DNA of 64,000 bases. It comes from Euglena gracilis (Eukaryota). The position numbers and the translations under genes are program-made. The stretch lies in NCBI GenBank assembly GCA_039621445.1, contig CP154954.1, forward strand, positions 1,984,001 through 2,048,000, read 5' to 3'. The notes below the pieces were generated by a model. It did no database searches and was not told where the DNA came from. It saw only the letters and a program-made list of their open reading frames with translations. Below, piece by piece: positions 37,397-49,110 of the stretch. Position 1 is the first letter of the stretch; each line of letters begins with the position of its first letter.

Positions 37397-37559
37397 GCGT
37401 GGCAAATTTCACTTTCCACCCCACAGTCCATTGGCCATCGAAACGAAAGAATAATACTAAATCACCAACAAAGATACAACAGCACAGCCCCAGAGTAAAA
37501 CATACTCTCGGGGACCAAAAATACGCTCAAAAACACAAAACAAAAATAACATTCGCCAC
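37397..37559 (-). other. Nonconventional or intermediate intron (163 nt) linking an upstream Ala/Pro-rich exon to RepHel
   Basis: C|GTGGCGAAT...ATTTGCCACGC|G; join reads ...PPARMSLTLMLPVQAM. Confidence 0.7.
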
Positions 37560-38593
37560 GTCAGGGACATTCGGGCTGGAGGTGGGGTCGCCCCTGGAGG
37601 GAAGAGGCTCGCTGCACCTGCTGTCGGCGCTGCCGTCGCGCACGCTGCAAGCGCCGGTGCCAGTGCACTTGCACGTGCAGTCACCAAATTCACTGAAACG
37701 AAGAGCCTTCCTTTCACAACGGCACAAACAGCCGCATCAAAAACCACAGAAACAAAAACAGGGGGAAAAAGTCACACCTACAAACCCAAAGCAGCAGCAG
37801 TGACAGGCAATGAATTGGCTCCCTTCAGCTTCAACAACAAAAACAGAGGAAAAAAGTCACAGCTACAAAAACAAAGCAGTGAGAGCCAATAAATTCGCTC
37901 CCTTCAGCTTCAATGAATGCACGTCCAGCTGGCAACGTCACCGTCGTTGAGGCCGCTGCTGACAACCATGCAGGAGCACTAATGCAAAATCCAAAATGCA
38001 AACGACCGTCTAAAAAAACCCGATTAAAACGGCATTTTGGGTTTTCTCTTTTGCATCTGAAGAAAGCTGATTAAATCATTCTTGGGTTTCTGTCGCTCTT
38101 CCTTTCTCTGTTCCCTCTCTGTTATTTGGTTATCGCATGCAATACAGCACGATTGTTCACCGGCGACGGACAACAGGTCTGCTATTTCTGCTAGTTTTGT
38201 TCAACAATATCACTGCTACAATTCCTTTTACCATTCAAATGAAGAATATTACAAAACCCCCAAAGCCCCAAAAAAGTAATAACCCAAAAAAAATACAAAA
38301 GAACATCAACAAAAAGAACCCCTACAGCCTGCAATCGTCCTGGAGGCTGCCCCCCACGCACAGCCGCCGCCGCTGCCCCGGTCGACGGCGTGGTGGACGA
38401 TGACGCCTCCTCATCTGCAAAGACAGAGTAAGATTTTGGGTTTTACTGGACTTCGAAAAATTTCGAAAGATTTGGGAATAATACCCCCCCCACCAAATAA
38501 TACCCCCCCCCCCCTCGGGACGCGAATTAGGGCGAAAAAAAATACCCCGGGGGGTATATTTGGAGGGTCAGCTTAACTAACTTAATTTCCACT

Positions 38594-38809
38594 ACCCTCA
38601 CCCCCTCAAAGTGGCCACCCTCCAGGCATCGTGGGACCCAAATGGCCACTCCAGGGGAGGGGGGACACTTTGGAGAGGAGGTCAAATTTTGGCCTTTGCC
38701 GCCTTTGGTGTCGAAGGAAAATTAGGGGTAAACCCTTTGAGGGGATAAACCAGAATTTGCCAAAAAACTTGGCCACGTTTGGGGGGTGACATTTTGAGGG
38801 GGCGAGGGT
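38594..38809. mobile_element. ~215-bp MITE-like element (intact mirror near 61929-62144; LTR-interrupted copies near 48914-49108 and 53039-53233)
   Basis: Terminal inverted repeats ACCCTCACCCCCTCAAA / TTTGAGGGGGCGAGGGT; no TSD established. Confidence 0.55.
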
Positions 38810-40938
38810 GAGTTAAATTTGGTTAAGGTAAATTGGGTGAAGTTAACTTCACTGGTGAAGATTACTTCACTGGTGAGGTTCACTACAAGAGAACTTGTTT
38901 GTCAAAAAAAAATGGCCAAAATGACATTCTTTAAGAAATTTTGATAAAAGTCCACAACAAATGCACACAGAGTGACGACCATTAACAGAATGGCGGCGCA
39001 TGTCTTATGATGGTATGGTCGTGGGTTGGAAACCCACGAGGTCACACAGGTCCTTTGAGGGGCGAGACCGTGCCAATTAAGTACATCGCCAATTTTTATT
39101 TTGGAATTCATCCAACACTTTTTCAGGCGGGTTGCTGCCTTCGGGTCCAAAAACAGTCTCCCCTTTGGCTGTAAAAAAAAAAAACTTGAACTGCACTTTT
39201 TTTGCAGTGCCTTTGACTTGTTTTTTTCTCACATGGGATGACAACAACACATAAACCCAATTTTTAAATGGGAAAAAAAGGTGCTTTGCACACAAAAAAA
39301 GGAGAAACGGTCTGAAATTTCTGAAAAAGGTAGAACATAAATTACACGGCGGAAATTAAAAAATGAATTACGCCGTAAGTTACGCGTAAGTTACAAGTGA
39401 AACTTACAATTGTAAATTACGTTGCAATGCTACCAGGTGCGAAGCGCCGAGGAAACTTTTTTTATGGCACAACCAAAATGTATTTTTTTTCTGTCCCCCT
39501 GGCCCCAAAGGGGCCGAGACGTTAACGCCTTTTTTGAATTCCAATGCTCCAAAAAATTTGAGCTAGAAAGCGAAATCATGGGTAGAACCCCTTTGGAAAC
39601 CCCCCAACTCAACCCAACTGTCGACTTCGCAACCTGGGGGGGGGGCAGCCCCCCCCCCCCCAGGTTGAGGACAATTCTTTTCTGTTTTTTAGGGGGGTTT
39701 CTTCCACAAAAATTTCATGTTTCCCCTCCCCCCTTTTGCCATGCGATTCTTTTGTACTTGTGCAATCTCCCCTTTTGCCAATGGGACATATTTTGGGTCA
39801 AATTAATACGCCAAAAAAGGCGCCATTGTTTGGGTCGAAAATCTTTTCACCTCAAATCTTGGCATTTCTTTCCATTTTTTTGACCATGTCAAGACAAATT
39901 TTCGATGGTTTGAACCAGAAAATTGATGAAAAGCGACCAAAAACGCCACCTACATCAAAAAGCAGGCTGAAATGATGAATGAAAAGAAAGGCTGGGTGAT
40001 GAAGGTTGATGCATTGTATGAAAATTGAAAGCTCGATTCTCGGGTCACGGGCGGGTCACGGGGGGGTCACGGGGGTAGCACCCCCCTAACCCCCCCAATT
40101 GGCCATCTGGACCTGTCCTTCATAATCGCGAACCCCCGAAAAACACCCGAATAAAGGCATTTTCCCTTGAAATGAGAACCCCCCCCCCCTAATTGGCCAC
40201 CTGGGCTTTGGCCAATTAGGGGGGGGGGAATAAGGGGGGGGTGTTTAAAGTGAAAATACTGGCTACCACTCTTTTTACAAGACACAAATGTTTTGCAAAA
40301 TGCATCTGAATTTCGCAAAACCCATCATTGCCAACCTCAATTGGACGAAAAATGTCGCAACTGTCTCGGGGGTAGGCAGTACAGTTGTGATTTTCTGGGG
40401 ACCCCCCCCCCCCCCCCCCCTTTCAGCTTCCCACCCCCCCCTCGGACCCCCCCCCTCCCCCCCTGTGCCTTGTTTCCAAGGAGGGGGTTTGCATGGTGCA
40501 GAGGAAGTGCATCACTTTGTAGGCATCAAGGCAATACCGTAATAAAATGTGCTCACACTGCGGGTCGCCGAGATTGCTCAGGACATGTCAAGCTTCCTTC
40601 ATTTGGTCCACCAACGCTGGCACCTCTTTTTTTTAAACGTTGTTGAAGCCGGGTGCTCCATTGGAAAGCCCAAGACTCGCAAGCCCTGGCCAGGCAACCA
40701 TGGGACTTTTGGGGGGTGGTTCGGGACGCGGGGGGGACGCGGGGGGGGGGACGCGGGGGGGACGCGGGGGGGAACTGTGGCCCAACCACCCCCACACGTT
40801 TTCTTTGGCGTCACCCGAATTTGTATGAAATTTTCATTTGGTCGCCCAAAAAACATGCCCGGCCGAAATCCGGGACGCGGGGGGGACGCGGGGGGGGGAC
40901 GCGGGGGGGACGCGGGGGGAACACCCCCTTGGGATGGA
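38615..40938. repeat. 2.3-kb non-coding block P, present four times in alternating orientation (38615-40938, 46799-49108 inv, 53039-~55240, 59816-62123 inv)
   Basis: Same spurious ORFs recur on alternating strands (e.g. 39736+, 47759-, 54155+); G-run repeats GGGGACGCGGGGGG at the inner end. Confidence 0.92.
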
Positions 40939-40939
40939 A

Positions 40940-41525
40940 CGGAACGGGGCAACTCAAAGTTTGGGCATTCTGTGTTTGATTGGACTTGTGGTGGTCCCCA
41001 AAGGCGGCGCTTCTGCAGATTCAGGTGCACCCCGAGGCGGCTGGAGCTTGCATGGATGATTCCAAGGCCTCCATTGCGCCTACGAGGTGCCCATCATCCA
41101 GATACCATGCATTCATAGCGAGATCCCTTGGGAGTCCTGTCACCACATCTTGCCGTGTCAAGGCGAAGAAGAGCGGCCCAAAGGGGTCACCTTGCTGCAC
41201 TCCTTGCTCACTGGTGAGTTTGTGGCCTTGCGAATACAAGAAGGAGTGAGTCGCATACGACAGGCGAGCCCATGCTTCCAAGTCCGGGGCTCGTGAACGC
41301 ACTGCATCAAGCAGAGCTTGCCGATCCACCGCATTGAAGGCGTTCTGGAGGTCGACTTGCGATGCCCATGGACCATTGGGTGTGTTTTGCACGTAGGAAT
41401 GCAGTCCTTAGGCAATGGCCACACAGGCTCCTTCCATTGCCATCCCACTTTGGTTTGGTGAGCAAGTCTGCTGCACTTGCCCGCAAATCTGGCGATCAGG
41501 GATCGTAGGATCCGCGAAGCATGGG
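40940..41525 (-). pseudogene. Non-LTR retrotransposon RT fragment, CRE/SLACS-like
   Basis: QVDLQNAFNAVDR, GVQQGDPFGPLFFAL, AWYLDDGHLVG, HLNLQK; frameshifts; both ends missing. Confidence 0.85.
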
Positions 41526-41555
41526 AACACATGGGAATGGACAACACACCCACCG

Positions 41556-43600
41556 TTACCCGTGAAGGATCCCGATGGGGCGGCATTGATGGAAGGAGCG
41601 ACAGAGAGAGGAGAATCGTTCTTCAACAGATTGGTTTGGGAGTGATAAGTAGGGGGACAGGTTCCAACGGGAGATCGGGTCAGCAGGTTGGAGGGACGAA
41701 GGGCACCAAAGTAGGTGGGCAATGAGTTTGGTACGTGTAAGAAAGTTCAGTAAACGGCGGAGGTCTTTACAAAGGGGTAGGTTCGAGAGGGAGGGAGTGA
41801 AGTGCGAAAGGAGGTGGAGAGCGGAAAGGTTGTCACCAATAATAGTGCAGGGATGGAGACCAGTGTTATGGGCGAAGTGGACAGCTTGTTCCAAGGCAAG
41901 CAGCTCGGCACGTTGTTGGGATATGGCTGGGCAGTGGATTCGTTGGATTCGGCATCCGACGGTGGGGCAGTAAAGGCCGATTTGGCAGCCTTCAGTTGTG
42001 AGGGCGGCGTCAACGAAGATGAGGGGGTTGAATAGGGGAGGTGGGATTGGGTCGAAAGCGGTCCAGGGTGTGAGGCCTTGTAAGAGGAGGTGGAAGAGGG
42101 CCCTTCGGAGTTTTGGAAAGGCGTGGTCGAGCCGGCCAATTGTGTACTTTGTCAAGTACCATCCCTGGAGGAACAGGGTTGTTCCACGATGAGGTCGGTG
42201 GAACCACAGCATGTAACCGGTGAGGCGGTCGATTACACGAGGATGTAGGGGAATATAGGCGCATAGGAGGCATAGGGCAAGGGCCCTTTGGGATGTGGCA
42301 AGGGTGTTTTGGATGGTCCGATTGCAAAGGTTGAAGACCTTGCCCAGCCAAGTGATTTCTTGTGTCGGCACAAGGGAGGATTTGGGGGAGATGAGGAGGT
42401 TATTTGAGAGAAGGGTAGATGTGATGGTGCTGGTCACGAGGTTGCAGAGGGAGTACGATGGGGCAAGGACGAGAATGTCGTCATAGTAGGTGAAGATGAA
42501 GAAGTGTGTTCCGTTGGTGTACGTCGAAGGGAGGGAGGAAAGCCTGCTTGATAAGGTCTTGAAGGGTAAGTTGGGCTAGTATGGGGGACATGTTCCACCC
42601 GAAGGGAAGGCAGGGGAAGTAGAAGGAGGAGGTGCGGAAGGCGTGCTTGGCGGAAGGAGGAAGTTAGAGACTCCAAAAGAAATTGGTGAGGTCGATGGTG
42701 GCAGCCCACAGTGTGCCGGGGGGGAATTTGGAAATGGTGTGGGAGATTTGGGGAAGGGAGGGGAGGTGGAATGGTGGAGGGTTGGAGAATGTGTTCGCCC
42801 ACCGCAAGTCGGCAATAAAGCTGACTTTACTGCTGTTTTTGGGGTGGATAAAAGAGGCCATGTTGGAGGAGGGGTGGAATTCCCCCGAAGATCTTGGCAG
42901 GGGAAGAAGGAACTTGTCCCGTGCCAAAGAGTGGAGAAGGACAAAAGTGAGTGGGGAGGGGCGTCGCTGAAGAGACGGCGGTGGTGGATGGTAGAGGAGG
43001 GTGTGGACGAGGCTGGGGGGGACAACAGTGTCCCAAATATGGGTCGGGATGGGATGCGGCAAGCCCGCGTTCCGCAAGTTCTTGAGGGGAGGCACAGTTC
43101 TGCAAAGTTGTGGGGCGAGTATAAGAAGATAGGGAGGAGAAAGAGGGAGGAGAGAGAGAGACGACCCATGGTAAGGTGCAGAAGCGATGCAGTTTGGAAT
43201 CCAGGAGGACATTGAACATATTCCGGAGTATATGGTACATACACTTCCTGGAAATTGGATGGGGGAGGTTAAGTTTTGACAAACGACCGGCTAGGCCCCA
43301 CAGTGTATTGCGGGAGGGGGATGGTCGTTGACTCGAGAGGCGGCGAAGGGTAGACGTCCGTGGATGGCAGCGGCTGGGGGTAGTGCGGTGGTGGGCCAAT
43401 TGCCCAAAGGACCCCTTGGGGAGAGGACGGGGTGGCCAAGAGCCGATTTGCGGGGGGGGCGGGGGGGGGCTGGCGCCGGGGCAGAGGTAGGCCGAGGGGA
43501 AGCGCCTGTCCCGTGGGGGGGCAGTGCACCAGGTTGGCGTGACCACCCAAGGTGTCAGTTGCGGATGGTATTGGAAAAGGGCAGTTGGCTGAGGACACTG
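41556..43600 (-). pseudogene. DIRS/Ngaro-type retroelement RT + RNase H
   Basis: RT: FIADLRWAN, TIDLTNFFWSL, CLPFGWN, YYDDILV, ITWLG. RNase H: IFVDAA, QQRAELLA, IGDN, WCPSSLQPADPISR. In-frame TAA at 42664-42666 and frameshift near 42450; no tyrosine recombinase seen. Confidence 0.8.
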
Positions 43601-46450
43601 GGGGGCTGGGGTTGGCGGAAGTCGCGCAGGGAAGGAGGGAAGGGCAGGGGCGGGAAAAGGTGGAGGTGTGGGGTTTGTTCTTTTGTGCAGACCAGGAGAG
43701 GCCCATTTTTGCGATGTGGTGGTGTTTGGGAAAGGAAAACCCCACAAAACCCCACAAAAATGGGTTTGGGAGGAATGGGGGGAAAAGTGCACAAGGTCGG
43801 AAGGTATGGGACAAGGGGGGGAATGGGGGAAGGGGGGGAAGGGTGTTGTAAATGGGGAAAGGAAAGATTGGACAAAAGGGGGTAAAATGGGGACTGGGAG
43901 GAAGGAAGGGAATGTCCAGATTTTGTGAAGCGGGAGGCGGAAGGGGGGATGGAAAAAACATGGGAGAAGGATGGGAAACCACAGGTACTGGTCTGGGGGC
44001 GGGCGTTCGTAGGATCCGCGAGCATGGGAAGAGACATGCAACAAAGATGGGTTTAACACATGGGCGGACAAAGATGGTGGAGCGAAGGCAAAAGAGGAGC
44101 GAGAGAGAAAGTTCGTTCTTTGATGGGTCGGGTGGTTGGGGGGGGGCGAACAAGGAGGTGGAGGACGGGTCAGCAGGTGGGGAGTTGGGGGAGGTGGGAG
44201 TGTGTTAAAAAGTGTGGAGTTTGGGAGTAGGGAGGGGGAGGCAAAGAGGGGGGATGTGGACCGAGGGGCGGGAGATTTCAGTTGTGAGGAGGGGCAAGTC
44301 AAGAAGAGTGAGGGGGGAGTGGATGGTGGTGGGGTTGGATTCCAGGGGGGCAGTTGGGAGGGGGGGGGCGGGTGTTGGAAAGGCGGGAGCGGTTGTACGT
44401 CAATGGGGGGGTGGGGGGGTGTCGGTGGGGGATGGGTCGTGAGGCCTTGTCCACGGGAGGGGGGAATTCCCGTAAGAGGGTGGGAAGGGCCTTCGGGTTT
44501 TGGGTGGGGGTCGACGATTGGAAAGTACATCCCACGAAGAAAATGACGATGTGTCGGCACAGGGAGGGAGGGGAGATGAGGGAGGGGGGTTGAGAGAAGG
44601 GTAGATGTTTGGATGGTGATAGAGCAGAGGGCATGTGGCCGGGGCAAGGATGGGTCGGGGAAGATGAAGTGGGAGTGGGTGGGCGAGGGGGGTTGAGAGA
44701 GGTGGTAGTGGGGTCGAGGAAGGTGGGAAGAGGGGGGCTGAAGGGGAAGAAGGTGGGTGGGGAGTAGGGGGGGGAGAATGTACGAGGGAGGGTGCAGAAG
44801 GGGAGTTGGGGTGCGGAAGGAGGACAGGTTGGAAGGAGGAAGTTAGGTGGTTGGAAGGAGGGGAAGGAGGTGCGGGTGGCGGAGGGGAAGTTCGAGACTC
44901 CAAAAGAAATTGGTGGGGGGGGGCAGGAATGTGTGGGGGGGGGAATAATGGTGGGAGTTGGGGAAGGGAGGGGAGGTGGAAAGGTGGAGGGTTTGTGTTC
45001 GCCCACCGCAAATCGGCAATAAAGCTGACTCTGCTGTTTTTGGGGTGGATAAAAGAGGCAGGGGAGGAGGGGGAATTCCCCCGAAGATCTTGGCAGGGGA
45101 AGGAACTGTCCCGTGCCAAAGAGTGGAGAAGGACAAAAGTGGGAGGGAGGACGGCGGTGGGGGAGGTGGAGGTGGGAGAGGCGGGGGGGGACAACAGTGT
45201 CCCAAATATGGGTCGGGATGGGGATAGGAGCCGCGTTGTCCAAGCGTGCGTTCTGCACGTTGTTTGGAGGGGAGAGCACAGGTGGCATCGTTGTAATATT
45301 TCAGGGTGAGTATAAGAAGCCAGTTGAGGGAGAGGACGGAGAGGAGGAGAGAGATAAGACGACCCATGGTAAGGTGCAGAAGCGATGCAGTTTGGAGATC
45401 CAGGAGGACATTGAACATATTCCGGAGTATATGGTACATACACTTCCTGGAAATTGGATGGGGGAGGTTAAGTTTTGACAAACGACCGGCTAGGCCCACA
45501 GTGTATTGCGGGAGGGTGGATGGTCGTTCTCGTCTCCTTGACTTTTCGAGAGCCGGCGAAGGGTAGACGTCCGTGGGGATGCAGCCGGCTGGGGTAGTGA
45601 GTGCGGTGGTGGGCCAATTGCCATTCGGGGAGGGGTGACGGCGGGCCTAGATATCTTGGCAGGGAAGATTTGTTGAAGGGGAGAGCAGCCATGATTGCGT
45701 GCGGGGGGCCGGGCAGCAGCGTAGGCCGAGGGGAAGCGCCAGGTTGTCCCATGAGAGGGTGGGCAGTGCACCAAGGTTTTGGGCTGGTACTTGTCCAGCT
45801 GGGGCAAGACGTCCCAGGTGCCGCGTGACCACGCCCAAGGTGTCAGTTTCCGGCGGATAGGTATTGGAAAAGGGCAGTTGGCTGAGGACACTGGCCCGGG
45901 GTTGGGCTGAATGTCGCCGCAGAGAAGAATCCATTTTTTTTCCGGGAAGGAGTAGGGGTTTGGCGGGAAAGGTTTAGGGAGGTGTGTGGGGTTTGTCTTT
46001 TGTGCAGTCAGGACCAGAGAGGCCCATTTTTGCGATGTGGTGGTGTTTGGGAAAGGAAAACCCCACAAAACCCCACAAAAATGGGTTTGGGAGGAATGGG
46101 GAGAAAGTGCACCCAAGGTCCTCGGGGGAACACATGGGACAAGGGGAAGGGTATGGCAAATGGCGCAGGAATGTTGGGGGGGAAGGTGTGTAAATGGGAA
46201 AGGGAGATTGTTTACAACAGTGGTCGTTAAGATTCCACTGGGAGTGCAGGAAGAATGTCCCAGATTTGGAAATGGAAGGAGGGGGGCATTTGGCAGTGAA
46301 ATGGGGAAGGGGGGTGTGGGGGAGAAATTTGGATGATGAAAGAATTGTGGGTGAATGTTGGGTCGCTGGGTGTGGATGTGCTGTAAAATGATTTTGTTGG
46401 GGGAAGGAAAAGCAAGGCATCGTGTAAGGACAACACTAGCCCAGGGAGTG
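43600..46450 (-). pseudogene. Second, heavily corrupted G/A-rich copy of the same RT region plus its upstream ORF
   Basis: Islands such as FIADLRWAN (~45000-45030) and TNFFWSLEL (~44890-44915) embedded in purine runs. Confidence 0.6.
45892..45933 (-). other. 2A-like peptide motif WILLCGDIQPNPGP (indel-bearing mirror at ~56942-56981)
   Basis: Matches the D(V/I)ExNPGP consensus except E to Q; lies upstream of the RT coding region. Confidence 0.65.
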
Positions 46451-49110
46451 CAGTGACAGGAGGGGGGCCAGGAGGGAAGAGAGGGAGAGGGGGAATTCAC
46501 CTGCCAAGAGCTGGTGAAGGTGAACAGCAGCAGAACCAATTTATAGATCATCATCTTCTTGTCAGCTTTCGTCTGCAAGTCAAACAGCCAGCTAGAAGCG
46601 TTCTGATCTCGAACTGGACAGCGGTTTTTGTGTTTCGGAACTTGAACTTCCAACTTGATCATCGGCACGAGATGTTCTTGACGGCAGCATGCATTCCTCA
46701 ACTTCAGGATAACCTTTCCAAACGTATTCCAGTGCTTGGTGTACTTGGTGTACTTCCTTTCGTGAAAAATACACGAAAAAAAATAGACACTCAGAAAGTC
46801 CATCCCAAGGGGGTGTTCCCCCCGCGTCCCCCCCGCGTCCCCCCCCCCGCGTCCCCCCCGCGTCCCGGATTTCGGCCGGGCATGTTTTTTGGGCGACCAA
46901 ATGAAAATTTCATACAAATTCGGGTGACGCCAAAGAAAACGTGTGGGGGTGGTTGGGCCACAGTTCCCCCCCGCGTCCCCCCCCCGTCCCCCCCCCGCGT
47001 CCCCCCCGCGTCCCGAACCACCCCCCAAAAGTCCCATGGTTGCCTGGCCAGGGCTTGCGAGTCTTGGGCTTTCCAATGGAGCACCCGGCTTCAACAACGT
47101 TTAAAAAAAGAGGTGCCAGCGTTGGTGGAGTAAATGAAGGAAGCTTGACATGTCCTGAGCAATCTCGGCGACCCGCAGTGTGAGCACATTTTATTACGGT
47201 ATTGCCTTGATGCCTACAAAGTGATGCACTTCCTCTGCACCATGCAAACCCCCTCCTTGGAAACAAGGCACAGGGGGGGAGGGGGGGGGTCCGAGGGGGG
47301 GGGTTGGAAGCTGTACAGGGGGGGGCGGGGGGGGTCCCCAGAAAATCACAACTGTACTGCCTACCCCCGAGACAGTTGCGACATTTTTCGTCCAATTGAG
47401 GTTGGCAATGATGGGTTTTGCGAAATTCAGATGCATTTTGCAAAACATTTGTGTCTTGTAAAAAGAGTGGTAGCCAGTATTTTCACTTTAAACACCCCCC
47501 CCTTATTCCCCCCCCCTAATTGGCCAAAGCCCAGGTGGCCAATTAGGGGGGGGGGTTCTCATTTCAAGGGAAAATGCCTTTATTCGGGTGTTTTTCGGGG
47601 GTTCGCGATTATGAAGGACAGGTCCAGATGGCCAATTGGGGGGGTTAGGGGGGTGCTACCCCCGTGACCCCCCCGTGACCCGCCCGTGACCCGAGAATCG
47701 AGCTTTCAATTTTCATACAATGCATCAACCTTCATCAGCCAGCCTTTCTTTTCATTCATCATTTCAGCCTGCTTTTTGATGTAGGTGGCGTTTTTGGTCG
47801 CTTTTCATCAATTTTCTGGTTCAAACCATCGAAAATTTGTCTTGACATGGTCAAAAAAATGGAAAGAAATGCCAAGATTTGAGGTGAAAAGATTTTCGAC
47901 CCAAACAATGGCGCCTTTTTTGGCGTATTAATTTGACCCAAAATATGTCCCATTGGCAAAAGGGGAGATTGCACAAGTACAAAAGAATCGCATGGCAAAA
48001 GGGGGGAGGGGAAACATGAAATTTTTGTGGAAGAAACCCCCCTAAAAAACAGAAAAGAATTGTCCTCAACCTGGGGGGGGGCTGCCCCCCCCCCAGGTTG
48101 CGAAGTCGACAGTTGGGTTGAGTTGGGGGGTTTCCAAAGGGGTTCTACCCATGATTTCGCTTTCTAGCTCAAATTTTTTGGAGCATTGGAATTCAAAAAA
48201 GGCGTTAACGTCTCGGCCCCTTTGGGGCCAGGGGGACAGAAAAAAAATACATTTTGGTTGTGCCATAAAAAAAGTTTCCTCGGCGCTTCGCACCTGGTAG
48301 CATTGCAACGTAATTTACAATTGTAAGTTTCACTTGTAACTTACGCGTAACTTACGGCGTAATTCATTTTTTAATTTCCGCCGTGTAATTTATGTTCTAC
48401 CTTTTTCAGAAATTTCAGACCGTTTTTTTTTTTGTGTGCAAAGCACCTTTTTTTCCCATTTAAAAATTGGGTTTATGTGTTGTTGTCATCCCATGTGAGA
48501 AAAAAACAAGTCAAAGGCACTGCAAAAAAGTGCAGTTCAAGTTTTTTTTTACAGCCAAAGGGGAGACTGTTTTTGGACCCGAAGGCAGCAACCCGCCTGA
48601 AAAAGTGTTGGATGAATTCCAAAATAAAAATTGGCGATGTACTTAATTGGCACGGTCTCGCCCCTCAAAGGACCTGTGTGACCTCGTGGGTTTCCAACCC
48701 ACGACCATACCATCATAAGACATGCGCCGCCATTCTGTTAATGGTCGTCACTCTGTGTGCATTTGTTGTGGACTTTTATCAAAATTTCTTAAAGAATGTC
48801 ATTTTGGCCATTTTTTTTTGACAAACAAGTTCTCTTGTAGTGAACCTCACCAGTGAAGTAATCTTCACCAGTGAAGTTAACTTCACCCAATTTACCTTAA
48901 CCAAATTTAACTCACCCTCGCCCCCTCAAAATGTCACCCCCCAAACGTGGCCAAGTTTTTTGGCAAATTCTGGTTTATCCCCTCAAAGGGTTTACCCCTA
49001 ATTTTCCTTCGACACCAAAGGCGGCAAAGGCCAAAATTTGACCTCCTCTCCAAAGTGTCCCCCCTCCCCTGGAGTGGCCATTTGGGTCCCACGATGCCTG
49101 GAGGGTGGTG

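Larger units (their letters stand above)
19247..38433 (-). mobile_element. Helitron A, autonomous-type, more than 19 kb, 5' end cut off at the 38433 breakpoint
   Basis: RepHel gene, 3' hairpin-CTTG at 19247-19279, colinear with element C on both sides of C's deletion. Confidence 0.9.

Noticed and set aside
37560-37690. Cys-rich CTCKCTGTGAC reading as a CXC domain
   Set aside because: The best-fitting intron junction (37559/37397) joins the Ala/Pro-rich frame instead; not fully excluded
42827-47097. Pro-rich ORFs of 329-606 aa
   Set aside because: Products of C-rich corrupted sequence running across unrelated elements
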